Assembly (NCBI GenBank): GCA_035533295.1
Contig: DATLUA010000002.1
Span: 11,323 to 75,322, forward strand
Source: Elusimicrobiota bacterium
GTDB lineage: Bacteria; Elusimicrobiota; Elusimicrobia; UBA1565; UBA9628
Length of the DNA stretch: 64,000 bases
Direction: 5' to 3'
Position numbers and translations under genes: made by a program. Below are positions 49,501 through 57,688 of the stretch, in pieces. Below the pieces are notes generated by a model, which saw nothing but the letters and a program-made list of their open reading frames with translations, ran no database searches and was not told where the DNA came from. The stretch's first letter is position 1, and every line of letters starts with the position of its first letter.

Positions 49501-51007
49501 CGCGCTCCGCGATCACGTCCGCCAGAGACTTGGCGACTCGGATGTAGGCGATTTCCTTTTGGCGCAGGAGCGCGATGGTTTTTTCCGCGGCCGCCTCAAG
49601 GGAGGAGAATAAATCCGGCGTGGCGACGCGCTCGCTTTGGATAACCGCCGGTTTCCCGATGCCGAAACGTTCCAGAAACGACCGGATGGAATCGGCCGAT
49701 AACGGATCGGCGAAATGGATGTTGACGCTTTTTTCTTCCGTCACGGCGGGGCGAACTCTCAAGCGGCGCAAGAGTTCTTCGGAAAGAGGCATCGGCTCCG
49801 ATGGAGCTAAATCAAGGCGCCGCTCGATGAGCGGCCTCAAGGCGGCGGGAACCTCCAAGCGGGTCAGATGGGGATCGTCAAGCAATTCCAGCGCCCTCTT
49901 GATGGCCGCCTCCCGGTTCGACATGAAAAAATACAGGCGCGGCTCATTGACGTTTTTGCCCCCCCAGCGAGCGAGGTCCTCCTGGGTGCTGAATTGCGCG
50001 TCCAGGCGGTTGCCGGAAAGTTCTTCCTTGACCGCGAGCCGATCCGCCATCAAGATCGGCGGCACGGCCTCGGCCGCCGCGCCCTCATCCGCCGCCGGTG
50101 TTTTTGAAACGGGCGCCTTGGGAAAGGACGGCACGACATCCGGATGAACCGCCACGGAGGAGATAATGTCCAGCCCCGCCAAAGCCACGGCCGCTTTGGC
50201 GGCCTCTTCGGCGTTCTTGAAGTCGATAAACGCCCCGCCGGAACGCAGGTAGGCCGGCGCCGCCGGCAGATTAAGCTTAAGAAGGGCGGCGCCGAGGGCT
50301 TCGCGATCCGCGCCATAAACCCGCAGCCGCCCGGGCAGGCTCTTGGGAGGCGTCAAAGAATCCGCGAGCCTTATTTTGGGCGGCACCGCGCCGATGGAAA
50401 TCGCCTCCGCCAAGGACATTCGAGTTCCCCATGCCGCGGCGGCTTGGCCGATTCCGATTCTAATCCGGTCTTCTTTATGTTGCGCAAGCCTTCTCTCCAG
50501 CGCCGCTATTTTTTCACGTTGCGGCGCGCTCAGCAAAGCTTCGTACAGCTTGAGCCGGCTTAAGGACTTTTCCAGGCCGGCCGCGTTTGCTTTCGCGATT
50601 TTCTCCGGCTCCGAAGCCAATATCCTATCCGCGCTGCGGCGTTCTTGCGCGGCTTTTCGCGTCAACGCTTCCAAAGCGTTCCGGCGGGCGCCCTCGGCCT
50701 CCGGCGCGCTCCCCTCCGCCTTGAGGACCGGGGCCACGGCTTGAGCCAGTTGCGGCGAGAGGCCCCCCGCGCACGAAAGCCCTTCCAAGAGATCACCCGC
50801 GTCCATGCCGTTGAACATCATGCCTTGGCTTTGGGAAATGATTTCAGGAGAAATCAGGGCCGGAACGGCCCCTTCGGCGGAAGAACCTTCCACGGGAGCG
50901 ACTTCCGCGGCCAAGGCGGCGTAAACGCCGGCGCCCGGCGACGCCAGCACGAGGCCCGCGCTCAAAAACAGCGAGAGAGCCCGGATTGCCCGGCTATCTC
51001 GATTCAT
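46526..51007 (-). CDS. Giant secreted Ala-rich protein (1493 aa), no recognised catalytic domain; N-terminal signal region similar to (apparently paralogous with) the upstream giant gene; internal repeated ..AVHP(D/E)V.. modules
   Basis: Intact 4.5-kb ORF starting MNRDSRAIRALSLFLSAGLVLASPGAGVYAALAAE. Overlaps the upstream giant ORF by 14 nt. Confidence 0.65.
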   Translation of the reverse strand: MNRDSRAIRALSLFLSAGLVLASPGAGVYAALAAEVAPVEGSSAEGAVPALISPEIISQSQGMMFNGMDAGDLLEGLSCAGGLSPQLAQAVAPVLKAEGSAPEAEGARRNALEALTRKAAQERRSADRILASEPEKIAKANAAGLEKSLSRLKLYEALLSAPQREKIAALERRLAQHKEDRIRIGIGQAAAAWGTRMSLAEAISIGAVPPKIRLADSLTPPKSLPGRLRVYGADREALGAALLKLNLPAAPAYLRSGGAFIDFKNAEEAAKAAVALAGLDIISSVAVHPDVVPSFPKAPVSKTPAADEGAAAEAVPPILMADRLAVKEELSGNRLDAQFSTQEDLARWGGKNVNEPRLYFFMSNREAAIKRALELLDDPHLTRLEVPAALRPLIERRLDLAPSEPMPLSEELLRRLRVRPAVTEEKSVNIHFADPLSADSIRSFLERFGIGKPAVIQSERVATPDLFSSLEAAAEKTIALLRQKEIAYIRVAKSLADVIAERVRDPQEPPAQAAQDEVPDAVLPMPENFPFGWNGPGKTVEIVNGNSESETAALQSYGEDSGRSGLPRFQRLAAAQAYRETILIIKSLIEEGRSIDVNWRMGSGRILIRIRAPARVLSPEAVRRLKAAFAPQTVVGHNFRAGGGRIFYEAGARAGIDPNAPSPETGVLPRFVEGKEAAIWIEVPGNGPSSEPPAADNSDAGTEGSSFSTSAQEGHASEPQAQPGAGASSPASKVAAFDTVLHPRASAGRVFVSAASAADARAALNAALGAAGFGGVPVMTMRHGAPSSYQAFATLAGARDAARLALALAASAAISAVAVHPEVYARVVNPSSDNGIPALPAPADAHDAPSVLFPENAGKISESADITAENTILVLSDDASKKREVEDLARRAGLSIFMRETSNVSPRFTLKGSAPDTGAAVRAVLALIRAEGVSKVLIHPGLMRSLRRGTDKIAVFVPHDSAWNPADRAEIVLFNFGEQTGSSENYDRIVARFGRRPDYWVREKDGPHYHGVAFPDERAAAQFALELAAEPGTEVRVSPEVLILLKSQPAAAEAPASSPQTRAVSTPKGSYFPASNDDRGGLKEFLIRLLAQEDTRSPGVRYAAAETLAAAAPNDVEWAREILSSDKMAALYRYYPEAAAAAGILARSGAGAEDARLVTEAIRRAEDSSIGGDNYNPLRLALAESLAALLKPETREEQAELMRRYQAARQNRTTEKEALFLAAARWGGPEFKEMLMQDWVGVTGAGYSISTGIAQAERAKVLYRYLQRVAPKRLEELYQSWRGRGAWGAPPADSSHEVKRDEALALYAAADLSSDRDAEAAAKKMRDMIDGFSSVEQHMFFGVAAGQALEKLLATRRIFEGSEADLRRHLGHYLAVSGSLNVAKLVMVLSAVSASSAVEDEAMVFRILDGVSSGYGELAQHEAAQAWAKMAARSGRIRGYLAENETDENGRPISKIEKMLTDPRPFINKAALEAVKFHLQYQAAASRRRRRYP

Positions 51008-54000
51008 GCGCCGCGGGATTGGGGATCTCGATCCAATAATCGGTTCCGGAAGCGCCCGTCGAATAACCGAGGCGCGCGCCGGGAATGGATGAGAGAACGC
51101 GGTAGAGCTCGAAGAAGAGGCGGCTCGAGCTGTCCTGCTTCAAGATATTGCCGCCCTCCGCGCGATCCAGAGACTCCTGGGCGCTGGCTGGAACGCGGCC
51201 GGTGAAGTGCGCGCGCAGAAACGCCGCTTCCGATTCGCTCAAGGAGCCGTTTGCGTGAATCGCGACCGCGGCCGATTGCGGATCAATCCGATAGCGGACT
51301 TGGAGCGCGCTATTCCGGCCGCCGGCGGCTTGGCGAAGGAACACCTTGAGCCATCCTTCATAGGACTCTATTTCTGAGGGCACGGACCGCAGCAGGGCGT
51401 CTTGGACGCTTTCGGGGTAATGCTCGCGTTCGAGCGCCTCCTTGATTTGCCGCGCGGCGCCCAAGCGAAATTCCTTGGCGGTTTCCTGATCGCCTTGGAG
51501 GATTACCGGATCTTGCGCGCTCATATTTGGCGCTTGGTTCTGCGCCAGCAAAGAATCCGCCTGCGGTTGCGTCGGGACGGCGAGCGCCGCGGCGGCCGTT
51601 TCGCTCTTTTCTTCGGAAGCCGCCGGAGGAGCCGCAGGCGCCGCCTCATCCGCCGCGGGATGGCTCTTGATTTCATCCAGTATCCACCGATCCAGAATTT
51701 CCCGGGTCAGGCCCATCTCGGCGTCTTCCTCGACCGCCTGTTCCACGAGAGTCACCAAACGATCGAATATTTCGCGGCTCATCGCCTCGGCGGGAGGATT
51801 CTTGACCGCAGGCTTCACGGGCAAGGGCTCCACAGCCACGTTGATTTTGCCTTTTTGGACGCTTAAGCGGATGAGCTTGGGCCCGGGCTGGGCTCCGCCT
51901 TTCGCGGCCGATTCCAGGATTTCGCGGGAAATGGGCGACTCCACCAGATTCTTGATGGCGTTGCGCAGCGGCCGCGCGCCTTTGTCCACGCTGTAGCCTT
52001 CGTGGACGAGAAGCTTGACCACCTCGGGAGTCCACTCCAATTCATTGCCCCTCTGGCCTACTTTGCGGCGAACCTTCTGCAATTCCAGCGGCGCGATTTT
52101 TTCCATCATCGCCATGGTCATGGGGTTAAAAACGATGGGATCGTACTGCAGGCGCCCGCGGAACTCGGGCGGGAACATCCCGGTCATGGCCTCGTTGGTC
52201 GCGGCGACGGCCTTCTCCCGGATTTCGCGCGCCATCCGGACGCCGAACTCGGAAAGCTGGGCCTCCACATCGGCGCGCCGGGACGCGTCTGCTTCCGACG
52301 CGTCCCACTGCGCCTTCAGCACCGCGTAGGCTTTTTCATAGGGCCCTAAATCAAGGCTCATCATGCCCACGTTGGAGCTCATGAGCACGATGGTGTTCTT
52401 GAAGCTCACGGTCCGCCCGTGGCCGTCGGTCAGGCGGCCGTCGGCCAAGACCTGCAGCAGGATAAGCCACGCCGCCGGGTTGGCCTTCTCGATTTCGTCG
52501 AACAAAACCACGCTGTAGGGATGCTTGCGGACCGCTTCGGTCAGAGTCCCGCCCTGTTCGAAGCCCACGTAGCCCGGAGGCGCGCCCGTCATCTTGGCGA
52601 CCTCGTGCGGCTGCATGTACTCGGACATGTCCAGACGAATCATGGCGTTCTCGCTGCCGAAAAGAAAATCCGCGAGCTTCTTGGCGAAATAGGTCTTGCC
52701 CGTGCCGGTGGGACCGGTCAGCAAAAAGACGCCGATGGGCTCGTCCTCGGAGTCGTGCATGCCGGACTTGCTGCGGCGCACGGCGTCCGAAATCACGTGG
52801 ACCGCCTCTTCCTGGCCCACCACGATTTTATTCAAGGACTGCTCCATCTCGACGTACTTGTGCATGTCCTCGCGGCCCAACGTCAGCTGGTTGGTCGCGA
52901 CGCCGGTCTCTTCGACGATTTTTTCGTTGACCTGCTGTTCGTCGACGTTGGGGATGCCATCGGTTGGAATGGCTTGACGTTGGCGATAGAGCGTCACCAA
53001 ATCTTCGACCAGCCTTGCCGCGGCATTCTCCAAATCAATGACGCTGGGCACTTCGTCTGCGTCTTCCTCGGCGGCGGCGCCGGATTCGGCCTGGAACAGC
53101 TTGGCCTTTTCTTCCTCCAGGCGCTTAAACGCATATTCCAGTTCGCTCATCTTGTCCTGGATGGCCAAGGAAAGGCGATCGCGGCGGCTCTGGAAATCGG
53201 CGACCCGCAGCGCCTCGATGAGATAATGGAAGGCCCGTCCTGGTAAAAAAATCTCGCTATCTACATGAGAGTTCTCAGCCGCGGCCTTGAGCGCGGACGG
53301 TTCAATTTTTACTCCGTAGCGCCGCTCATAATACGCCCGCGATTCCTGCAGCGCGCGCAGGGACTGCGTCTCGTCATATTCCGGCACCTCGACGGCTTTC
53401 AAGCGGCGCTTGATGGCTTCGTCGGGCCGAATGTACTTGTCGTACTCCTCTCTGGTGGTGCCGCCCACGATGACGACATCGCCGCGCTCCAAGGGTTTTT
53501 TAAGCAGATTCTTGATCCGGGTGCCGTACTGCGTATCCTGGAAAAAAGTATGCACCTCGTCGATGACCAGGACCACCTTGGCCCCACGGCCGCGCTGCAA
53601 GGCGTTGAATTTCGCCAGGATGCGGAGCAGATTGGAAAGAATCGCCGTGGAATTGTCCTGTGCCACGCGGTCCAGGATTTGGTTTGGATCCAGAGATAAG
53701 AAATAGCGATCGTCCAACGTAGAGAGGCGAAAGGTGCCGCCCTCGCCTTCCTGCTGCCGCGAGATCCCGACCGCCTGAATCATCTTCCGGAGAACCGCGG
53801 TCTTGCCCACGCCCGCCTTGCCCACCAGCACCACGCCGTTGGCGTCGCCGGACGGCGAGGCGATGACGGGAACCATCTTGTTCATCTCCTCGAGCCTTCC
53901 GATGACGGGAGTCTCGTCGGGAACAATCTCTTCGAGCACGCGCTGGCCGAACATGGCCGTCAGAAATTTCTTGTCTTCGCGAGAGAGATCCACCGCCGGG

Positions 54001-56285
54001 TCTTCGGCGGCCTCAAGAAAAGGTTTTAGCGGCGGGCGCGCGGAGGCGGCGGCCGGAGCCGAAGAATCCTCGATGGAGCCGAGAAGGAGCCCCAGCGGCG
54101 ACGCGGCAGCCAAGACCGCGTGCGCGCCCAGAAGATGCGGCAGCGCCAAGCCGCCCAGCGCCGCCACGGCGATGAGGCCCAGCACCGTTCCGGCCTTCTT
54201 GGCGGCTTGCTCGCCCTGGGAACCGCCAGTCCGGGCGTCCTGGCCTTTGCGCTTTTCCGTGCGCCAGCGCGACCAAATGTCGCGGCCATCCCAGCGCTGT
54301 TCCATCCAGCGGCGCAGTTCCGCCAGCCTGGCCCGGCCGTCCTGGCTTTCGAAAAGTTTTTGGCGGATGCTTTGGACGTCATCGTCAGGCAGCCCGCGCG
54401 AGTCCGCGTGCAGGGCCTCGGCGGCGCGGCCGATGAACGCATCCTGGAAGCGGTTCCATTTCTCATCGTTGGAAAGCGAATCGAAGCCCTCGGAGCCAAT
54501 AACCTCATCCATCAAGTCGCCGTCCAGGACCTCGGCCATGATGTTCTCGAAGCGCTCGCTGTCGACCTCCGAGCGCAACTCGCCCTTTTCCGCCAAGTCC
54601 GACGCCCAGCGCGCCCAGCCGCCCAGGACGCCGCGCAGGGACTTGACCGCCTCCTCGTTCTGGACCTTCTCGTAGATGCAGTAGTACGCTTGGCTGCAGG
54701 CCAAGGCGATGCCGACCACCGGCAGGCCCAGCCAGAAATAACCGGCCAGGGAAGCGGCCGAAAACGCCGCGAAGCCGAGCCCCCAAGTCAGGCGCTGGAC
54801 GCGGCGCGGAGAAAAGCCGTGGCGGGAAAGCCACGCCAGCGGATTCGCCGGACCTTCGTAGAGCCGCCGGAAAATGCCCTGATAAGCTCCGCTGGGCAGT
54901 TCCGGATTACGCGTCCACGCGAAACGGTAGGCGCGGGTCGGCCACCAACGGATGCCGATCTTGAATCCGTCCGCGTGCGGCAGCGGCGCCAAAAGATTGA
55001 AGGCAGCCAAGGCCAGGTTGACCACGGCCGCGGCCTCGAGCGCGGAGGCCGCCAAGCCTCCGGCGGCGATAACGCCAGTCGAGACCAACGCTAAGCGAAC
55101 ACCCCAGGCCAGCGCCGCCGTGGCGGCGTTCGCCGCGGGCCCGGCTAAGGCGACCTTGGCCGCGTCCCGCTTGGGATCGGCCAGCTTGTTGTAATCGACC
55201 GGGATAGGCTTGGCCCAGCCCAGCAGCAGCGGAACGTGAAGGAAAGTGGAGCTTGCGACAAGGCTCAAGAAAGGCAGCAGGACGGTGCCCCAAGGATCGA
55301 TGTGCTTGAAAGGGTTCAAGCTTCCCTGGCCGAAGCGGCGGGCCGTATCGTCTCCCAAGCGGCGAGCCATGTATAAATGGCCCGTCTCATGGAGAAGAAT
55401 GCCGGACATCAGCGCCGCGCCGTAAAGGACGGCGCCGAGGCTCAGGGCCGCGCCGTGGGTCAGGAAGAGCGCCGCGGCGCCGCCGACCACGGCGGCCGCG
55501 CTCAAAAGCCGGCGCCAGCGGCCTGGGCCATTGATGGAAATTTTTCGCGCCAAACTTCCAAAGGCCGCACGCCGCGGCGCCGGAATCTCCGTATCGCGCT
55601 GGACACCGGAAGCGCCCGCGGACTCAAGAAGCCCGGACGGAAGGCCTCGCGCCGCGTCGGCGCCGGTTTCAACGCCCGCCGGGGCCGCTTTGCCCCAAAG
55701 CCGGCGCGCTTGGGCCACCAAGCCCTGCGCCTGCCTCGCCTTCATGCCGGCCAAACTCTTTTGGGCGGTGCCCAATTTTTCCAGACTCGGGGCGTTCAAG
55801 AAATCCCGGTAGGCGTTCGCCTGAGCGACGGCTCGCTCGAAACTGGAAGTGTCGTCAGTCTGTTTTGCTTGCAGCGCCAGCGCGGGCAGAGCCTCGGCCT
55901 GCGCGCGGGCACGCGCGGCGATCTTAGCCAGTTGCGCCACGGCGGCCGGGGCCTGCTCCCGGGAAGTCCCTGCGGCTTGAACGCCGCGCAGGATGTCCGC
56001 CTCTTCCGGGGTCAGCGACGGCGCGCGCTCAAGGCCGGAAAGCAGCTCGGGAATATTGACGCCGCCAATATTTTCAGAGAACGCGCCCTGGGGCAGAACG
56101 GCGTTGCCCAGCGAAGAAATAGGCGGAAGAGAAAGATTCGCGGGAGCCTCGGCTCCGGTCTCGGGGGCTTCAAAGCCCGCGGCCAGGACGCCGTAGCAGC
56201 CCAGGCCGGGAGACACCAAAACGAGCGAGGATGAAAGCCCCAGGGCCAGAATCTTGACCGCCAGGCGGCGCGACGCAATCTCCAT
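50994..56285 (-). CDS. Giant multidomain protein (about 1760 aa): signal peptide + Ala-rich N-terminal region + YwhC-like M50 (site-2-protease family, COG1994) membrane metalloprotease domain + ClpA/ClpB-like double AAA+ ATPase (D1+D2) + about 380-aa C-terminal extension
   Basis: LLHETGHLYMARRLGDDTARRFGQGSLNPFKHIDPWGTVLLPFLSL..LLGWAKPIPVD (M50/YwhC signature). D1: VLVGKAGVGKT..VVLVIDEVHTF. D2: VGQEEAV..LLTGPTGTGKT..RLDMSEYM..GAPPGYVGFEQGGTLTEAV..VVLFDEIEKA..LQVLADGRLTDGHGRTVSFKNT. The start was set at the Met at 56285 (MEIASRRLAVKIL..). Confidence 0.75.
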   Translation of the reverse strand: MEIASRRLAVKILALGLSSSLVLVSPGLGCYGVLAAGFEAPETGAEAPANLSLPPISSLGNAVLPQGAFSENIGGVNIPELLSGLERAPSLTPEEADILRGVQAAGTSREQAPAAVAQLAKIAARARAQAEALPALALQAKQTDDTSSFERAVAQANAYRDFLNAPSLEKLGTAQKSLAGMKARQAQGLVAQARRLWGKAAPAGVETGADAARGLPSGLLESAGASGVQRDTEIPAPRRAAFGSLARKISINGPGRWRRLLSAAAVVGGAAALFLTHGAALSLGAVLYGAALMSGILLHETGHLYMARRLGDDTARRFGQGSLNPFKHIDPWGTVLLPFLSLVASSTFLHVPLLLGWAKPIPVDYNKLADPKRDAAKVALAGPAANAATAALAWGVRLALVSTGVIAAGGLAASALEAAAVVNLALAAFNLLAPLPHADGFKIGIRWWPTRAYRFAWTRNPELPSGAYQGIFRRLYEGPANPLAWLSRHGFSPRRVQRLTWGLGFAAFSAASLAGYFWLGLPVVGIALACSQAYYCIYEKVQNEEAVKSLRGVLGGWARWASDLAEKGELRSEVDSERFENIMAEVLDGDLMDEVIGSEGFDSLSNDEKWNRFQDAFIGRAAEALHADSRGLPDDDVQSIRQKLFESQDGRARLAELRRWMEQRWDGRDIWSRWRTEKRKGQDARTGGSQGEQAAKKAGTVLGLIAVAALGGLALPHLLGAHAVLAAASPLGLLLGSIEDSSAPAAASARPPLKPFLEAAEDPAVDLSREDKKFLTAMFGQRVLEEIVPDETPVIGRLEEMNKMVPVIASPSGDANGVVLVGKAGVGKTAVLRKMIQAVGISRQQEGEGGTFRLSTLDDRYFLSLDPNQILDRVAQDNSTAILSNLLRILAKFNALQRGRGAKVVLVIDEVHTFFQDTQYGTRIKNLLKKPLERGDVVIVGGTTREEYDKYIRPDEAIKRRLKAVEVPEYDETQSLRALQESRAYYERRYGVKIEPSALKAAAENSHVDSEIFLPGRAFHYLIEALRVADFQSRRDRLSLAIQDKMSELEYAFKRLEEEKAKLFQAESGAAAEEDADEVPSVIDLENAAARLVEDLVTLYRQRQAIPTDGIPNVDEQQVNEKIVEETGVATNQLTLGREDMHKYVEMEQSLNKIVVGQEEAVHVISDAVRRSKSGMHDSEDEPIGVFLLTGPTGTGKTYFAKKLADFLFGSENAMIRLDMSEYMQPHEVAKMTGAPPGYVGFEQGGTLTEAVRKHPYSVVLFDEIEKANPAAWLILLQVLADGRLTDGHGRTVSFKNTIVLMSSNVGMMSLDLGPYEKAYAVLKAQWDASEADASRRADVEAQLSEFGVRMAREIREKAVAATNEAMTGMFPPEFRGRLQYDPIVFNPMTMAMMEKIAPLELQKVRRKVGQRGNELEWTPEVVKLLVHEGYSVDKGARPLRNAIKNLVESPISREILESAAKGGAQPGPKLIRLSVQKGKINVAVEPLPVKPAVKNPPAEAMSREIFDRLVTLVEQAVEEDAEMGLTREILDRWILDEIKSHPAADEAAPAAPPAASEEKSETAAAALAVPTQPQADSLLAQNQAPNMSAQDPVILQGDQETAKEFRLGAARQIKEALEREHYPESVQDALLRSVPSEIESYEGWLKVFLRQAAGGRNSALQVRYRIDPQSAAVAIHANGSLSESEAAFLRAHFTGRVPASAQESLDRAEGGNILKQDSSSRLFFELYRVLSSIPGARLGYSTGASGTDYWIEIPNPAAHESR

Positions 56286-56320
56286 GTAACCGGTATCCTT
56301 GTCTAGTCCAAAATATAACG

Positions 56321-56342
56321 CGGACGCGCGACGGCGCGTCCG
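56321..56342. promoter_or_regulatory. Perfect palindrome CGGACGCGC-GACG-GCGCGTCCG (9-bp arms) 36 nt upstream of the giant operon start; candidate operator
   Basis: Seen directly. It lies in an AT-richer 170-nt intergenic region, with a TATATA-like element upstream and an AAGGATA RBS downstream on the minus strand. Confidence 0.45.
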
Positions 56343-56491
56343 AACCAACGTTATTCTGATATATAGAAGCTTCCTTAAGTAGGGTCGATGGTTCCAGCCC
56401 AAGGCCGGCAATGGGCCTAAGGTTCGGTGGGACTTAAGACCTACGTGAAGATGGGTTTACGACGGCTGCGAAGGGTCCGCAGACGCGGTGA

Positions 56492-56854
56492 TTAGAGACG
56501 GCCGATTTTCCCTGTGACGACCGTGCAGGTCTTGGTGTAGAGGCCCAGCAGATAGGCCCGGACTTTGACGTCGGCCTTCACGTCGTAGAGAACGTCGCTG
56601 GCGTCGCCCTTGAGCGCCGAAGAGACCGCGCCCGCGTAGCCGCCGTCCCCCCAGCTCACGAGAAACAGCACGCTTCGATTGCAGGATTGGCCGGAGACGA
56701 TGGTATCCGTCGGGCTGGCCTTGACGTCGCTGGGCGAGGCGGAGCGGTAGGAATACGGCTCCTCGATGCCCGTATAAAGGATGCCGCAACCGCCAAGGAA
56801 GGCGGCGGCCAAGGCCAGCGTCGCCGCCTTCCCCGCGATTGCTCGGACTGACAA
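56492..56854 (-). CDS. Small lipoprotein (TRL-like?)
   Basis: Signal peptide with LGGC lipobox. C-terminal ..AYLLGLYTKTCTVVTGKIG. Confidence 0.45.
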   Translation of the reverse strand: MSVRAIAGKAATLALAAAFLGGCGILYTGIEEPYSYRSASPSDVKASPTDTIVSGQSCNRSVLFLVSWGDGGYAGAVSSALKGDASDVLYDVKADVKVRAYLLGLYTKTCTVVTGKIGRL

Positions 56855-56858
56855 GGAA

Positions 56859-57131
56859 TCAGCTCAGGTGCTTGCTGACCAGCTTGGTCATCTCGAACAT
56901 ATTAACGGTCGACCGGCCGCCGAAAACGGCCTTCAGGTTCTCGTCCGCGTTGATGTTGCGCTTGTTCTTGGCGTCTTGAAGCTTGTGCTTTTTGATGTAC
57001 TCCCAGAGCTTCTTGACCACCTGGGTCCTCGGCAGCGGCTTGGTGCCGACGATTTTGGCCAAAGTGGGGCTAATCGTGAGTTCTTTCATGAATGCGGCGT
57101 TGGCGGCTCTAGGCATTTTGCTCTTCTCCAT
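56859..57131 (-). CDS. SWIB/MDM2 domain protein
   Basis: ..LAKIVGTKPLPRTQVVKKLWEYIKKHKLQDAKNKRNINADENLKAVFGG..VNMFEMTKLVSKHL is the canonical SWIB fold sequence. Confidence 0.8.
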   Translation of the reverse strand: MEKSKMPRAANAAFMKELTISPTLAKIVGTKPLPRTQVVKKLWEYIKKHKLQDAKNKRNINADENLKAVFGGRSTVNMFEMTKLVSKHLS

Positions 57132-57160
57132 TGATGACGAAAGTCCGTGCCGGGCCTCGC

Positions 57161-57688
57161 TTAAAGGCGGCCCAAGCCGGTTGAACGGCTCCCATTGTGT
57201 ATGTTTTTACCGGTCGAGGTCAAGAGACAGGCGCGGCGCTTGGCGTAGCGGATGGCTTCAAGTCCGGTGCGGCGCACCTCGGTTCGCACATGGGACTTTT
57301 TCAAATCCGCCGGACCGTGCCAGCGCATGCCCTCGTGCTCTCGAACGGAAAAAACGGGCTTGCCGTCCAGGGCGCGGCAAAAATAGACCAAATCGACGTG
57401 GTCCGCGTGGCCGGGAATGTGCTCCAGTTGGACATGGTTGGGAATATGCAGGTAGCGGACCTCGGGTTCGGGAGGATTGGGAGCCACCCGAGGCGAAAGA
57501 ATTTCCACCTCCAGGCCGGTCTCTTCTAGGATTTCGCGCCGCAGCGCCTCATCGGGCGTCTCATTCTCCTCGATGTGGCCTCCGGGCGGCAGCCACATGC
57601 GCAGCTTTTTATGGAACAGCAGCAAGGTCTTGCCGCCGCGGACCACGTAGCCCGTGGCCACGAAATGCTTGGGTTTCGCGTTCTTCAT
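57161..57688 (-). CDS. NUDIX hydrolase
   Basis: GGHIEENETPDEALRREILEETGL Nudix box. Confidence 0.8.
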   Translation of the reverse strand: MKNAKPKHFVATGYVVRGGKTLLLFHKKLRMWLPPGGHIEENETPDEALRREILEETGLEVEILSPRVAPNPPEPEVRYLHIPNHVQLEHIPGHADHVDLVYFCRALDGKPVFSVREHEGMRWHGPADLKKSHVRTEVRRTGLEAIRYAKRRACLLTSTGKNIHNGSRSTGLGRL

